Translations under genes and position numbers: made by a program
Shown here: positions 15,088-24,806 of the stretch, one piece after another
Layout: every line of letters begins with the position of its first letter
Position numbering within the stretch: position 1 is the stretch's first letter
Virus record (IMG/VR): IMGVR_UViG_3300029861_000002
Strand: one strand, 5' to 3'
Source of the DNA: a virus
Taxonomy: Duplodnaviria > Heunggongvirae > Uroviricota > Caudoviricetes
Length of the DNA stretch: 64,000 nucleotides
Notes under the pieces: generated by a model
Database searches by the model: none
Told to the model about the DNA's origin: nothing
What the model saw: only the letters and a program-made list of their open reading frames with translations

Positions 15088-15405
15088 ATGGGAAAGTCTC
15101 GTAAGAAAACCCCGGCTGTATCTTCTATCTCTTATAATGGAGGAAAGAGAAGAGCCAATAAAAAAGTTAGAAGGCTCCTTAAAGACCCGGAAGTAAACTT
15201 TGATAAAGGGTCTTTTAAAAAGGCTTATTGCTCTTGGGATATTCGAGATTATCGAGAAGTAGCTCCTTCCTTTGAAGTTTTTTCAGAGAGATGGTTGGAA
15301 AGATGGAAGAGAAATAGAGCTAGGCTAGGAAGGAGAAATCCTGAAACTCCTCCCACCAGAAAAGAGCTTTGGCAGACATACCAGAGATGGTACTTGAGAA
15401 AATAA
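15088..15405 (+). CDS. highly basic small protein (putative nucleic-acid-binding)
   Basis: RBS TAAGGAGG directly after the suppressor tRNA. 105 aa, K/R-rich (KSRKKTPAVSSISYNGGKRRANKKVRR...). A terminator-like hairpin follows. Confidence 0.55.
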   Translation: MGKSRKKTPAVSSISYNGGKRRANKKVRRLLKDPEVNFDKGSFKKAYCSWDIRDYREVAPSFEVFSERWLERWKRNRARLGRRNPETPPTRKELWQTYQRWYLRK

Positions 15406-15494
15406 ATCCTTCCTTTCTTTTAACCGCGAGAGAGTTATCTTAAATAAATACTAATAGCTCTCTCGCATTTCTTTTATTGAGGAGTTGGCAATTT

Positions 15495-15707
15495 ATGTGG
15501 CAAAATAATATTGAATTTTTAGATATTATTTCGATTATTTCTTTTGTGCTTTAGTTGCAAAATGCTGAAAGTCACGAAGTGGAAAGATTAAGAAATGAAG
15601 TTTCTAAACGCTTTGATGAACAAACCAAAATTCTGTTAGATGCTATGAACAGTAGATTGGACAGAATTGAAATGATGCTCAAAGATTTAAATGCTCGAGT
15701 GGGCTAA
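15495..15707 (+). CDS. small protein with hydrophobic N-terminus and coiled coil (1 in-frame TAG), overlaps tRNA start
   Basis: RBS GGAG. MWQNNIEFLDIISIISFVL[TAG]LQNAESHEVERLRNE..., TAA stop. Low confidence. Confidence 0.3.
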
Positions 15708-15769
15708 TTGGTATAGCCGTCAAGCTCAAACCTTGATGTTTGTGAGTTCGAGTCTCACCTCGAGTACCA
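15693..15769 (+). tRNA. type-I (short variable arm) tRNA with anticodon CAA (nominally Leu), isotype uncertain
   Basis: Acceptor GCUCGAG/CUCGAGU, D-arm GGCU-AAUUGGUAU-AGCC, anticodon arm UCAAG-cuCAAac-CUUGA, 5-nt variable loop, T-arm GTGAG-TTCGAGT-CTCAC, A73, CCA. Bacterial tRNA-Leu is normally type II. Confidence 0.6.
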
Positions 15770-15884
15770 TTTCTTTATAAAGAACGGGAGCTTCCTGTGC
15801 CTCGTTAGCAGAACTCAGGATGGTTGGCGCTGTGAAAGTTAAATGCGTCCATGTGCGGAGCGAAGGTTGGTCGCCGCACGATAT

Positions 15885-15961
15885 GGCAGTGTACTCAAGT
15901 GGATCAAGAGGCTTGTCTGCAAAACAAGTATACGCCAGTTCGAATCTGGCCATTGCCTCCA
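15885..15961 (+). tRNA. tRNA-Cys(GCA)
   Basis: Acceptor GGCAGUG/CAUUGCC, anticodon arm CUUGU-cuGCAaa-ACAAG, T-arm GCCAG-TTCGAAT-CTGGC, U73 discriminator (Cys identity), encoded CCA. Confidence 0.75.
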
Positions 15962-16090
15962 GTATGAGGTTAGCTACCTCCAGGTTTAACGATACCTTGG
16001 GATTTAGATGCTTGTGGGGCCTAAGTCATTGAATCGTTATCTCTCTCCCTTGTCCAAGGGAGCAACTAAACTTTAAAGGAGATTGATACT

Positions 16091-17614
16091 ATGAATACAA
16101 TTCTTAACGCTATGAAGCAGATGGACAACATCACCACTACTGAAAACGGCGGCATTACCTATAAGTCTACGATGAGTGGAATCATGGATTTGTTCGCCAT
16201 GGGAGCTGCTTACCGCAAGCGCTCCGAGGATGACGTAATCTTCCTGTTCGATAAGGCTTTTAAGGAAGATGAAACTTATGCGCTCAAGTGCTTGTTTTAT
16301 CTGCGCGATGTGCGTGGTGGACAGGGCGAGCGCAGATTTTTCCGAGTAGCAACTAAGTGGTTGGCAAATCACCACACCGATGCAATGCGCCGCAATCTGA
16401 AGTATGTTCCCGAGTTCGGCAGATGGGATGACCTCTACGGCTTCGTTGGAACTCCCCTGGAAGATGAGGCTTTCGACATTATGTACCATCAGTTGGCTCT
16501 TGATGTTGAGTGTAAGACCCCTTCTCTTCTGGCTAAGTGGTTGAAGTCTGAAAATACCAGCTCCGCAGAATCTCGTAAGTTGGCTACTATTACTCGCACC
16601 CACTTCCGTATGACTCCTCGCCAGTATCGCAAGACTTTGTCCGTTCTCCGCAAGCGCATTAAGGTTCTTGAGAGACTTATGTCCGAGAATCGTTGGGACG
16701 AAATCGAGTTCGATAAGATTCCCTCTAAGGCGGGATTGATCTATCGTAATGCTTTCGCCCGTCATGACATTATGAGGGAGAAGGCTGATAAGCAGACTTA
16801 TGCGGAGTTTGCTAAGAGCACTGACACAAAGGTAAATGCCAAGGCCTTGAACCCCTGTGAGGTTGTCCATGAGGCGGTTAAGTTGAGTAGAGCATATCAT
16901 GCTGATGATACCGATCGTCTGATGATTGGCAAGTACTGGGATAATCTGGCAGATTATTTCCATGATGCCGTTTTCAATGGGGTTGCTGTTGTAGATACTT
17001 CTGCGTCTATGACAGGTGGCTTCAATGAGATTAATCCTATTGATGTGGCTATCTCTCTGGGAATGTATTGCGCTGAAAAGTGTAATGAAAGTTCTCCTTG
17101 GTATGGTCACTACATCACCTTCTCTCGTCAGGCTAGACTGGTACCTGTTGAGGGCATCGACTTCGTTGACAAGGTACATCGCATTTATAGCAAGAATCTC
17201 TGTGAGAATACTAACATTAAGAGTGTATTCGACTTAATTCTCAAGCTCACTATTGAGAATGGAGTAAAGCAGGAGGATATGCCTAAGAATGTAATCGTAA
17301 TTTCTGATATGGAGTTCGATTCCTGCGCCTCATTCGACGATAATTACGGTTATTGGAGTCGTTACAATAGAGATACCAAGTCTGAAATGGAGAAGATTGC
17401 AGACATTTGGAAGGCCCATGGTTATGAATTACCTAAGCTCGTTTTCTGGAATGTCCAGGCTCGTCAGGATAACATTCCTATGAGAGATAATGGCAGAGTT
17501 ACCTTTGTCAGTGGTTATTCTCCTGTGCTTTTCGAGCAGATTATGACCGGCAAGACTGGTATTGATCTTATCCTTGATAAGCTCAATAGTCAGAGATATG
17601 CGGTAATCCACTAA
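16091..17614 (+). CDS. Ro60-like protein (TROVE-like N-terminal region + vWA/MIDAS domain)
   Basis: 507 aa with RBS AAGGAGA. The MIDAS motif VVDTSASMTG and vWA-like C-terminal half sit behind an alpha-helical N-terminal region, the same architecture as Ro60/Rsr RNA-quality-control proteins. The TROVE assignment is inferred. Confidence 0.55.
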   Translation: MNTILNAMKQMDNITTTENGGITYKSTMSGIMDLFAMGAAYRKRSEDDVIFLFDKAFKEDETYALKCLFYLRDVRGGQGERRFFRVATKWLANHHTDAMRRNLKYVPEFGRWDDLYGFVGTPLEDEAFDIMYHQLALDVECKTPSLLAKWLKSENTSSAESRKLATITRTHFRMTPRQYRKTLSVLRKRIKVLERLMSENRWDEIEFDKIPSKAGLIYRNAFARHDIMREKADKQTYAEFAKSTDTKVNAKALNPCEVVHEAVKLSRAYHADDTDRLMIGKYWDNLADYFHDAVFNGVAVVDTSASMTGGFNEINPIDVAISLGMYCAEKCNESSPWYGHYITFSRQARLVPVEGIDFVDKVHRIYSKNLCENTNIKSVFDLILKLTIENGVKQEDMPKNVIVISDMEFDSCASFDDNYGYWSRYNRDTKSEMEKIADIWKAHGYELPKLVFWNVQARQDNIPMRDNGRVTFVSGYSPVLFEQIMTGKTGIDLILDKLNSQRYAVIH

Positions 17615-17761
17615 CCCTATTCGGGGAAATGGCAAGAAAAATGCCATTTCCCCGTTGCTGGCGGGCAGCCGGTTAGCCGTGCGGTTTCTGAGCTATTGCG
17701 CGGAACTACTCTTGAAAGTGTAATTGATACTCTCAAAAAGGAGTAACCGAATCTTTAATAA

Positions 17762-17797
17762 AGGAGAACGAGTTAATCGTTCTCCTTTATTTTTATA
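17762..17797 (+). terminator. rho-independent terminator
   Basis: AGGAGAACG-agttaat-CGTTCTCCT + TTATTTTTAT. Confidence 0.75.
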
Positions 17798-17852
17798 TTT
17801 ATATATGATATAATATTTATATAAAGGAAATGAAGAAGGGGAGTTTTAAGAA

Positions 17853-18164
17853 ATGGTTATTACTAAACACAGTAAGCAAAGAATTGTTGAAAGAACCAAT
17901 GGGGTATCTACTTTTGCAGAAGCAAAGAGATTGGCTAAGCAAGCTAGAATTTCTGGTAAAACGCTTAATCATTTCCAAAAGTATCCTAAATTCTTTTCTT
18001 ATCTTCAAAATAAAAAGAATCAAACCAATGATTGTTCCATCAGAGTTTATAGGGGCTGCATTTATATTTGGAGAGGAAGAAATAAGACTCTCGTAACTGC
18101 TCATCCTATACCCGAAAGGTATATCAAAGAAATGGAGGAGATTGATAATGAAGCTGTGGATTGA
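17853..18164 (+). CDS. hypothetical protein (DUF4258-like N-terminus)
   Basis: MVITKHSKQRIVERTNGVS resembles the DUF4258 pattern (ITxHAxxRMxERGIS). 103 aa. Confidence 0.4.
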   Translation: MVITKHSKQRIVERTNGVSTFAEAKRLAKQARISGKTLNHFQKYPKFFSYLQNKKNQTNDCSIRVYRGCIYIWRGRNKTLVTAHPIPERYIKEMEEIDNEAVD

Positions 18165-18468
18165 TGACCTACGGCCGGCGCCCTTTGGATACCGCATTGC
18201 TAGAAGCGTAAATGAGGCTATCGAGATAATTGAGACATATGAGATTATGCACCGAATGAGCGGTGGAAAGAAAATCTATGAAATTGAATTGATAGATATT
18301 GACCATGATGCCGGAGATTTCTTTCAAGATGGCGGAGATTATATCAAAATTCTTGATTGGATGGAAGTTACTAATAGAAACTACCCTATTCATATCCATA
18401 GTATGAATCCTGTTGGAATAGAAAATATGTGTCGTATTATTCAAAGAAATGGATGGAGAGAAGTATGA
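18148..18468 (+). CDS. hypothetical protein
   Basis: 106 aa. MKLWIDDLRPAPFGY...DIDHDAGDF. Overlaps the end of the preceding gene. Confidence 0.45.
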   Translation: MKLWIDDLRPAPFGYRIARSVNEAIEIIETYEIMHRMSGGKKIYEIELIDIDHDAGDFFQDGGDYIKILDWMEVTNRNYPIHIHSMNPVGIENMCRIIQRNGWREV

Positions 18469-18623
18469 GAGCATTTCTTATCGTTTCCCTTATTGTCCTT
18501 TTTTCTGGATTCATTATTTTCCTCATTTCGTACAATATAGCTTTTAACAATAACGGAGAAACAAAACTTAATTTATCAACCTTTAGAAAAATATATAAAA
18601 TAAATCCCGGAAATGGTCGGTAA
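18465..18623 (+). CDS. small membrane protein
   Basis: 52 aa with one predicted TM helix (AFLIVSLIVLFSGFIIFLISY). Confidence 0.4.
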   Translation: MRAFLIVSLIVLFSGFIIFLISYNIAFNNNGETKLNLSTFRKIYKINPGNGR

Positions 18624-18652
18624 AAGAAAAATGGGAGGATAGCATTAAACAT

Positions 18653-18880
18653 TTGTATTACAGCGGTCATAAAGTTAAATTAAGCTTCTTGGCTTTTTGT
18701 TATTTTCGATGGGATAGAATTTTCTCCAGATTTACCGAAAACAGAAAAGACCAAAGAGATACTTTAATTTGGGTACTGCAAGATTGTCAAAGGGACATTG
18801 AGATATTAAAAGAAAAATCAGAACGCCAAATCCAAGACGCATTGGAGCAGCAAAGAAAAATTTTTGAGAGATGGGAGTGA
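18653..18880 (+). CDS. hypothetical protein
   Basis: 75-aa ORF. Start uncertain. Confidence 0.4.
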   Translation: MYYSGHKVKLSFLAFCYFRWDRIFSRFTENRKDQRDTLIWVLQDCQRDIEILKEKSERQIQDALEQQRKIFERWE

Positions 18881-18884
18881 TTAA

Positions 18885-19682
18885 ATGACAATTTTTGAAC
18901 GAGTAAGAGAGCATTATGATGAAGCTCTTACCCATTTCACAGAAGACCAAGTTGTGGGAATCTTTCTTCAAGGTTCTCAAAACTATGGACTCGATACTCC
19001 GCAATCGGATGTAGATACAAAGCTAATTGTAGTTCCTAGCTTTAAAGACATTGCTATGAACCGCAAGCCAGTTAGCACAACTCATATTCGAGCAAACGAT
19101 GAACATACTGACTGGAAAGATATTCGCCTCTACATTCAGACATTCCGCAAACAAAACTTAAACTTCCTCGAAATTCTTTACACAGACTTTGCTATTGTTA
19201 ATCCCATCTATGAAAAACAGTGGAATCGTTTAATTCAAGCAAGAGAAAGGATTACTCATTTTAATCCTTATCGTTCTGTTCAAAGTATGAAGGGTATTGC
19301 GCTAGAAAAATATCACGCTATGGAGCATGAATACCCAAGTAAAGTTGAAGTTTTAAAGAAGTATGGTTACGATCCTAAACAACTCCATCATCTTGTTAGA
19401 GTAGAAGATTATCTTGGAAGATATATCGCAGGAGAAAGTTATGAGAGTTGTTTAAACCCAGGCCCATTCAAACAAGAGCTAATAGAAATTAAGATGGGCA
19501 AATATTCTCTCGCGGAAGCTAGGATTGTGGCAGATAAATCTAAGGCTCATGTGGAAGAAATGGCAGAGTATGCGTATTCTATCTATCCAAATAAAGAAGA
19601 CGCGGAAGTCAATGCTCTTCTTGATGATGTGCAATATGAGATTATGAAATTAGCGGTTGAAAGGGAGTTGAATAAAAGATGA
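18885..19682 (+). CDS. nucleotidyltransferase (Pol-beta superfamily minimal NTase fold)
   Basis: GSQNYGLDTPQSDVDT matches the G[SG]x9-13Dx[DE] nucleotidyltransferase motif. 265 aa. Confidence 0.65.
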   Translation: MTIFERVREHYDEALTHFTEDQVVGIFLQGSQNYGLDTPQSDVDTKLIVVPSFKDIAMNRKPVSTTHIRANDEHTDWKDIRLYIQTFRKQNLNFLEILYTDFAIVNPIYEKQWNRLIQARERITHFNPYRSVQSMKGIALEKYHAMEHEYPSKVEVLKKYGYDPKQLHHLVRVEDYLGRYIAGESYESCLNPGPFKQELIEIKMGKYSLAEARIVADKSKAHVEEMAEYAYSIYPNKEDAEVNALLDDVQYEIMKLAVERELNKR

Positions 19683-20548
19683 TTAAGAATTGGCTCGTGA
19701 CTGGAGATACACATGGGCGAGTTATGGAGCGCCTTTCGCAGATAGATAGCGATAAGTATATTCCTGACGAAACGGCTATCATTATTCTCGGTGATGCCGG
19801 AATCAATTACTTCTTGAATAAGACCGATGTAAAAAACAAGAAGTCTATTCAGGCAAGTGGCTACACTATTTATTGCGTCAGAGGAAACCATGAAATGCGG
19901 CCGGAGCGTCTTCCCGCAATTAACTGTGCCTTTGACTTTGAAGTTCAAGGTATAGTGCGCTATGAAGAGGATTATCCTCATATTAAATATCTTGTCAATA
20001 ATCAAATCTACAAATTTGGTGATTACTCTGCTCTTGTTATTGAAGGAGCCTATTCAGTAGATAAATATTATCGCCTTGCTGGAACTGGATTAACTGGGGA
20101 AGAGGATTATGAATTAGTCGCCAAGAAAGCTGGATGGTTTAAGGACGAACAGTTATCCGCGGAAGAAATGAATTTTGCAACATTGGTAATCAAAAATAAG
20201 CAAGTTGATTTTGTTCTTAGCCATACTTGTCCGCTCTCTTGGCAACCAGTAGATCTTTTCTTATCTGCCGTAAACCAGTCAACAGTAGATAATACGATGG
20301 AAAAATGGTTAGACTCTTTAAAGAATGAGTTTCAGTGGAAAATTTGGTTGTTCGGCCATTTCCATAAAGATAGAATTGAACGACCCCACGTAGAGCAGTT
20401 TTTCCAAGATATTCAGCCTATTGATTCTATCTATAATAGATGGTATGGAGAAAAAACTATTCACAAAGAATGGTACTTAGAAAAGTCGCCTAATTACTAT
20501 TTAAAGGGTGATACGCCTTTCGATGAAGATTTAAAGGAGGAGCTTTAA
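19679..20548 (+). CDS. calcineurin-like metallophosphoesterase
   Basis: Motifs GDTHG, GDAG and GNHE. 289 aa. Confidence 0.7.
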   Translation: MIKNWLVTGDTHGRVMERLSQIDSDKYIPDETAIIILGDAGINYFLNKTDVKNKKSIQASGYTIYCVRGNHEMRPERLPAINCAFDFEVQGIVRYEEDYPHIKYLVNNQIYKFGDYSALVIEGAYSVDKYYRLAGTGLTGEEDYELVAKKAGWFKDEQLSAEEMNFATLVIKNKQVDFVLSHTCPLSWQPVDLFLSAVNQSTVDNTMEKWLDSLKNEFQWKIWLFGHFHKDRIERPHVEQFFQDIQPIDSIYNRWYGEKTIHKEWYLEKSPNYYLKGDTPFDEDLKEEL

Positions 20549-20559
20549 GCCCTCCTTTA

Positions 20560-20618
20560 TTTTTTTATTTTTTTATGATATAATATATATAGAAAGTTAA
20601 GGAAAGGAAGTAATTTAT
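20560..20618 (+). promoter_or_regulatory. conserved promoter/leader motif copy
   Basis: TTTATGATATAATATATATAGAAAGTTAAGGAAAGGAAG. Confidence 0.6.
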
Positions 20619-20789
20619 ATGATGCCTTATGTATGCGAAGGAACAATCGTAAAGACTCTTAATGGTCGAGAGGGCAAGGTAGTTGGTGTTGATCGAAAGA
20701 ATAGGATCGCAGTTATCTACAATGGAAAAACTTCCTATACCGAGAAACTTGAAAATATCAGAGTTGTTTCTTATAAGGAGGTAGAGTGA
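20619..20789 (+). CDS. small hypothetical protein
   Basis: 56 aa. Conserved promoter/leader upstream (TGATATAATATATATAGAAAGTTAAGGAAAGGAAG). Confidence 0.4.
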   Translation: MMPYVCEGTIVKTLNGREGKVVGVDRKNRIAVIYNGKTSYTEKLENIRVVSYKEVE

Positions 20790-21070
20790 ATATGCCTGGT
20801 CGTAGAACTTCTAAGTTTACGAAGGATCAAAACGCCCTTCTTCAGGGAGAGGTTATGATCATTCTTGCGGAAAGTGAAGAGGCATTAACTATTGAAGAAA
20901 TTCAAGCAAGATCAATTACTCTTACAGGACTTTCTACTCAAAAGATTGCAAGACTACTCGGCCATTTGATTGAAATGGGAAACGTAACAAAAGCAAAGAG
21001 TAAGAGTCTTGGTAAGATGGTATATAAATCATTGGCCGTGATGAGGAGGCAGGGATATGATGTTTATTGA
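20786..21070 (+). CDS. hypothetical protein (possible winged-helix)
   Basis: 94 aa. Start overlaps the previous stop (ATGA-type coupling). Confidence 0.45.
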   Translation: MNMPGRRTSKFTKDQNALLQGEVMIILAESEEALTIEEIQARSITLTGLSTQKIARLLGHLIEMGNVTKAKSKSLGKMVYKSLAVMRRQGYDVY

Positions 21071-21310
21071 GGACACCTTTGATGTTATCTTCACTATTTA
21101 TCTAGGTAATTAGGTTATTGAGTAGTGGAGAATGCAAGCTCCTAGACCTTTTATTGAAGCTCAATTCATTTAGATAGTTCAGCAAATTGCTTCTTAGAAG
21201 TAGCCTATGAAAGTAGTAGTATCAAGAGAAGAAGTGATTTGGGACTAGTTTGAGCAAAAACATAAAGTTCTTCCAATAACTATGGAATTTCAAAACTATA
21301 AGGAGTAAAG

Positions 21311-21649
21311 ATGGAATTATACAACTTATATGCAGGCTTGAGCGGTGGATTTGGTGGTTACCAATATCATTGTACTGAGGAGTATAATTCTAAAGATGAA
21401 GCTCTGGAAGCCGCGAGGCAACTTGCTATTGAAGAATATCAATCTTATGAAGGTTGTCATGGGCTAACTTCTGAAGAAGATATTCTTGAGCAATATTTGA
21501 AAGACAATGGGTTATCACATGATGAACTAACTGAATCTGACTATGAAGAAATCTGGGATATGTATATGGAAGAAGTTGAAGGTTGGTTGTCCTATTTAGC
21601 AACTACCATAGAAGAAGATCCTGATCATGATAGATATTATGAATGGTAA
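21311..21649 (+). CDS. acidic hypothetical protein
   Basis: 112 aa with RBS AAGGAG. Asp/Glu-rich. Confidence 0.5.
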   Translation: MELYNLYAGLSGGFGGYQYHCTEEYNSKDEALEAARQLAIEEYQSYEGCHGLTSEEDILEQYLKDNGLSHDELTESDYEEIWDMYMEEVEGWLSYLATTIEEDPDHDRYYEW

Positions 21650-21666
21650 GAAAGGAGTACGATAAC

Positions 21667-21930
21667 ATGGGTGGTTATTACGGAGATATGGATACTTTTA
21701 TGATAGATGAAGGTATCCTGAATAAACTGGTCACATTCGGTTCATATGATGGCTTGCTCTTGACAGGAACAATCAAGTATGTTATCAAAATGGATAGTGA
21801 TTTCCTTATTGGAATTATCCCTGATCGAACTCCAGAAGATGTAGATGCTAAGCAAAAGGAAGATACAGGTATAGCTTTTGTACCTCTTTCTCGACTAATT
21901 AATTTAGATATATTTAAGATTTTTATGTAA
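21667..21930 (+). CDS. hypothetical protein
   Basis: 87 aa with RBS AAGGAG. Confidence 0.45.
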   Translation: MGGYYGDMDTFMIDEGILNKLVTFGSYDGLLLTGTIKYVIKMDSDFLIGIIPDRTPEDVDAKQKEDTGIAFVPLSRLINLDIFKIFM

Positions 21931-21946
21931 TGAGGAGGCATGAAAG

Positions 21947-23221
21947 ATGGCTTATTTTGGTCTGGTGACTAAGATTCAGAACGTGCGGAAAGACCCGAAT
22001 TCCGATCGGCTATATCTAGCGGATTGCTTTAATGAAGGAGTAATCGTAGGCCCTGACATGAAGACCGGAGATCTGGTGCTCTATCTGCCCACCGATGGAG
22101 AAATTGAACGCTGGTTTGGTAATGAATTCTGCCTTTTCCGCAAGAATGAAGATGGATCTATTCAGGGCGGATACCTTGAAAATAATGGCCATGTGCGGGC
22201 CATTAAGCTCCGCGGCAATCAGTCTTCTGGTATTGTCATTGCTCTTGATCGAGTCTATGAAAAGTTTGGTGACCAGCATTGGAGTAATGGAGATAAAGTA
22301 ACTACTATCAATGACAAGGAGTTTTGCCGTAAGTATATTCCTAAGCGAAAGAGCGATTCTACTTATGGAGCAAAGACTTCTTACAAAGGGCGCAAAGCTG
22401 AGGGGATTACTTATCCTGAGTTCTCTATGCATACTGATACCGAGCAGCTTGCATATAACTTTGATAAGTTCCGTGAGGGTGATGAACTAAATATGACCCT
22501 CAAGATGCATGGCACCTCTCAGCGCTCTATGAATACTTATGCAGAGCTTCCTAATGGTTTCTTCCGTCGCCTTTTCCATATGAAGAAGCGCACTAAGCAG
22601 GCTTATGTTCTTGGAACTCGCCGTTGTGTGGTGACTGAAAACTCTCAGGGGTACTATGGGAACGATCAGTTCCGTATGCCTCATCATGAAGCTTTAAAGC
22701 CCTATCTTGAGCCTGGGATGGAAGTTTTTTACGAAGTAGTAGGCTACTATGGGCCAAATGAAGAGAATACTATTATGCCTATTGGTGATAATACTAAAAT
22801 CAATGATAAGGCTTTTGTAAAGCAGTTTGGTAAACGGTCTATCTTCTCTTATGGCTGTGAACCCGGTCAGAGTAAAATGTATATCTATCGCATCACCTCT
22901 GAAAATGGAGAGAGAGAGTGGACTCCTGACGAAATTACTGCCTGGTGCGATTGGCATGGTTTTAATCGCGTTCCTGTAATTGAGAACTTCAAGTTTACTA
23001 CCGTTGAGGATCTTCAGGAGCGTATCAATAAATACTTCGAAGATCTCGCAGATCCGATCGGCCGCACCCATGTTAAGGAAGGAGTAGTTATCCGAATTGT
23101 AAATCGGCGTACTTTTACTGCTTTCAAGTCAAAAACCTTTGAATTTAAAGTTATTTCTGGGATTGCTACAGAGAGCGTAAATTCTAGTAATATTTCTGAA
23201 GATATTCTTGCGGAAATGTAA
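21947..23221 (+). CDS. putative ATP-dependent RNA ligase (Rnl2-like nucleotidyltransferase motif I)
   Basis: 424 aa. The segment TLKMHGTSQRS resembles the Rnl2/ligase motif I (KxHGxN/S lysine-adenylate site). RBS GAGGAGG. The family assignment is tentative. Confidence 0.45.
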   Translation: MAYFGLVTKIQNVRKDPNSDRLYLADCFNEGVIVGPDMKTGDLVLYLPTDGEIERWFGNEFCLFRKNEDGSIQGGYLENNGHVRAIKLRGNQSSGIVIALDRVYEKFGDQHWSNGDKVTTINDKEFCRKYIPKRKSDSTYGAKTSYKGRKAEGITYPEFSMHTDTEQLAYNFDKFREGDELNMTLKMHGTSQRSMNTYAELPNGFFRRLFHMKKRTKQAYVLGTRRCVVTENSQGYYGNDQFRMPHHEALKPYLEPGMEVFYEVVGYYGPNEENTIMPIGDNTKINDKAFVKQFGKRSIFSYGCEPGQSKMYIYRITSENGEREWTPDEITAWCDWHGFNRVPVIENFKFTTVEDLQERINKYFEDLADPIGRTHVKEGVVIRIVNRRTFTAFKSKTFEFKVISGIATESVNSSNISEDILAEM

Positions 23222-23317
23222 TTTACCCACAAATTTAAAAAAAAAGAGGGTAAAATGATTAAATCATCTCCTTTTATTTCTTATATAATGTAGACAATAA
23301 AAAGGAGATGATTTTTA

Positions 23318-24181
23318 TGCCAAAAGCATTAGATTTAACTGGTCAAAAGTTTGGAAAATTAACCGCTTTACGTAGATTACCAAATCAAGGTCGTAGAACT
23401 ATTTGGGAATGTTAGTGTGACTGTGGTAATATAATCCCCGTCCGCGCAGAAAATTTAAGAAGTGGGCATACTACCTCATGCGGATGTAAAAAGAGAGAGC
23501 CATCTAAAAAATTTGTTGATTTAACAGGACAGAAATTTGGGGAATGGACAGTATTATCAAAAGCAGAGAAAGAGAGCTACTGGCTATGTGAATGTTCTTG
23601 TGGAGTAAAAAGAGAAGTATATGCCCCATCATTAAAGAGTGGAAAATCTCTTTCTTGTGGACATTTATTTAAAAATTAGATTCGTAATCCTATTATAGGA
23701 AGCAGATATGGAAATTTAATTGTGTTAGAACAATTTAAAGAAAATGATACTTGGTGTTGTAAATGCTAGTGCGACTGTGGAAATATCACGATTGTAAAAA
23801 GACAAAATTTAACTTCTGGGAATACCTAGTCTTGTGGTTGTATAATCTCAAAAGGAGAAGCTAGAATAAAACGGATCTTGCAAGAAGCAAATATACCCTT
23901 TATTTCTCAATGGACGCCACAGGATTATCCAAATCAAAAATGTAAATTTGATTTTTACATAGACAATAAGTATGTAGTAGAGTTCGATGGTCCATAGCAT
24001 GAAGGTCAAGTAAGTGGATATTATACTAAAGAAAAAGTAGACGCTTTAATGCAAAGAGACTAGGAAAAAAATAAATATTGCCTATCTCACAATATTCCTT
24101 TATATCGTATTCCATACGAATATAGAGATACAATAACCTTAGAGCTGCTAACGGATGAAAAATTTCTCGTTAAATCTTGAA
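23318..24181 (+). CDS. homing-endonuclease-like protein with repeated Zn-ribbon modules and DUF559/Vsr-like nuclease C-terminus (7 in-frame TAG)
   Basis: RBS AAAGGAGA. Repeated LTGQKFG(K/E)LT...W(E/L)C[x]CDCGN...SG.T.SCGC modules, where x is encoded by TAG three times. The C-terminus FDFYIDNKYVVEFDGP[TAG]HEG matches the DUF559 restriction-endonuclease-like fold (FDGxQH). A single 288-codon frame to TGA at 24179. No ORF of 60 aa or more appears in the six-frame track here because of the TAGs. Confidence 0.65.
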
Positions 24182-24263
24182 TTAAAGGAGAGTCATATCT
24201 CTCCTTTAATTTTTTAATAAAATATGATATAATATTTATATAAAGGAAAAGGAGTATAACAAA

Positions 24264-24803
24264 ATGTATAGAAAGATACTTATAATTGTTGATGCTCAAA
24301 ATGATTTCATCACTAGGGCGCTAGGTACAAAGGAGGCGGATGCCGCAGTTCCCAATATCGTTGATCTAATTAAACGATTCTGTTGGGAGGAAATTATTTG
24401 TACCATGGATACCCATGATGATGATTACTTTGATACTTTAGAAGGAAAGAGACTTCCTATTAAACATTGTATTAAGGCAAGCGTGGGCTGGTGTATGGAT
24501 TCCAGAGTTGTGATTGCGTTGAATAACAAGTTTAATTATTATGAAAAAGACACCTTTGGCAGTACCGATATGGTTAATGAGGTATATGATTCTCTAAAGA
24601 TGAAGAATCCAGAGGAAGTAGAAATTCATATCTGCGGATTTTGTACCGATATCTGCGTTATGGCTAACGCGGTTATGCTTCGTGCAGCGTTGCCAAATAC
24701 TAGAATTATCGTTCATTCTAGTGCGTGCGCAGGAGTAACTCCAGAATCGCATGAGGCAGCGCTAACTATTTTCAAAGCTCAACAGATTGATGTGGAGGAT
24801 TAA
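24264..24803 (+). CDS. isochorismatase-family cysteine hydrolase (nicotinamidase PncA-like)
   Basis: 179 aa. The N-terminal ILIIVDAQNDF is the family signature, and a Cys nucleophile lies in the ICGFCTDICV region. Confidence 0.7.
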   Translation: MYRKILIIVDAQNDFITRALGTKEADAAVPNIVDLIKRFCWEEIICTMDTHDDDYFDTLEGKRLPIKHCIKASVGWCMDSRVVIALNNKFNYYEKDTFGSTDMVNEVYDSLKMKNPEEVEIHICGFCTDICVMANAVMLRAALPNTRIIVHSSACAGVTPESHEAALTIFKAQQIDVED

Positions 24804-24806
24804 GAA

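Noticed and set aside
16073-17179. 368-aa minus-strand ORF antisense to the Ro60-like gene
   Set aside because: The + strand ORF is longer (507 aa). It has an AAGGAGA RBS and a MIDAS motif (DTSASM). The antisense frame has no start context or recognisable motifs.
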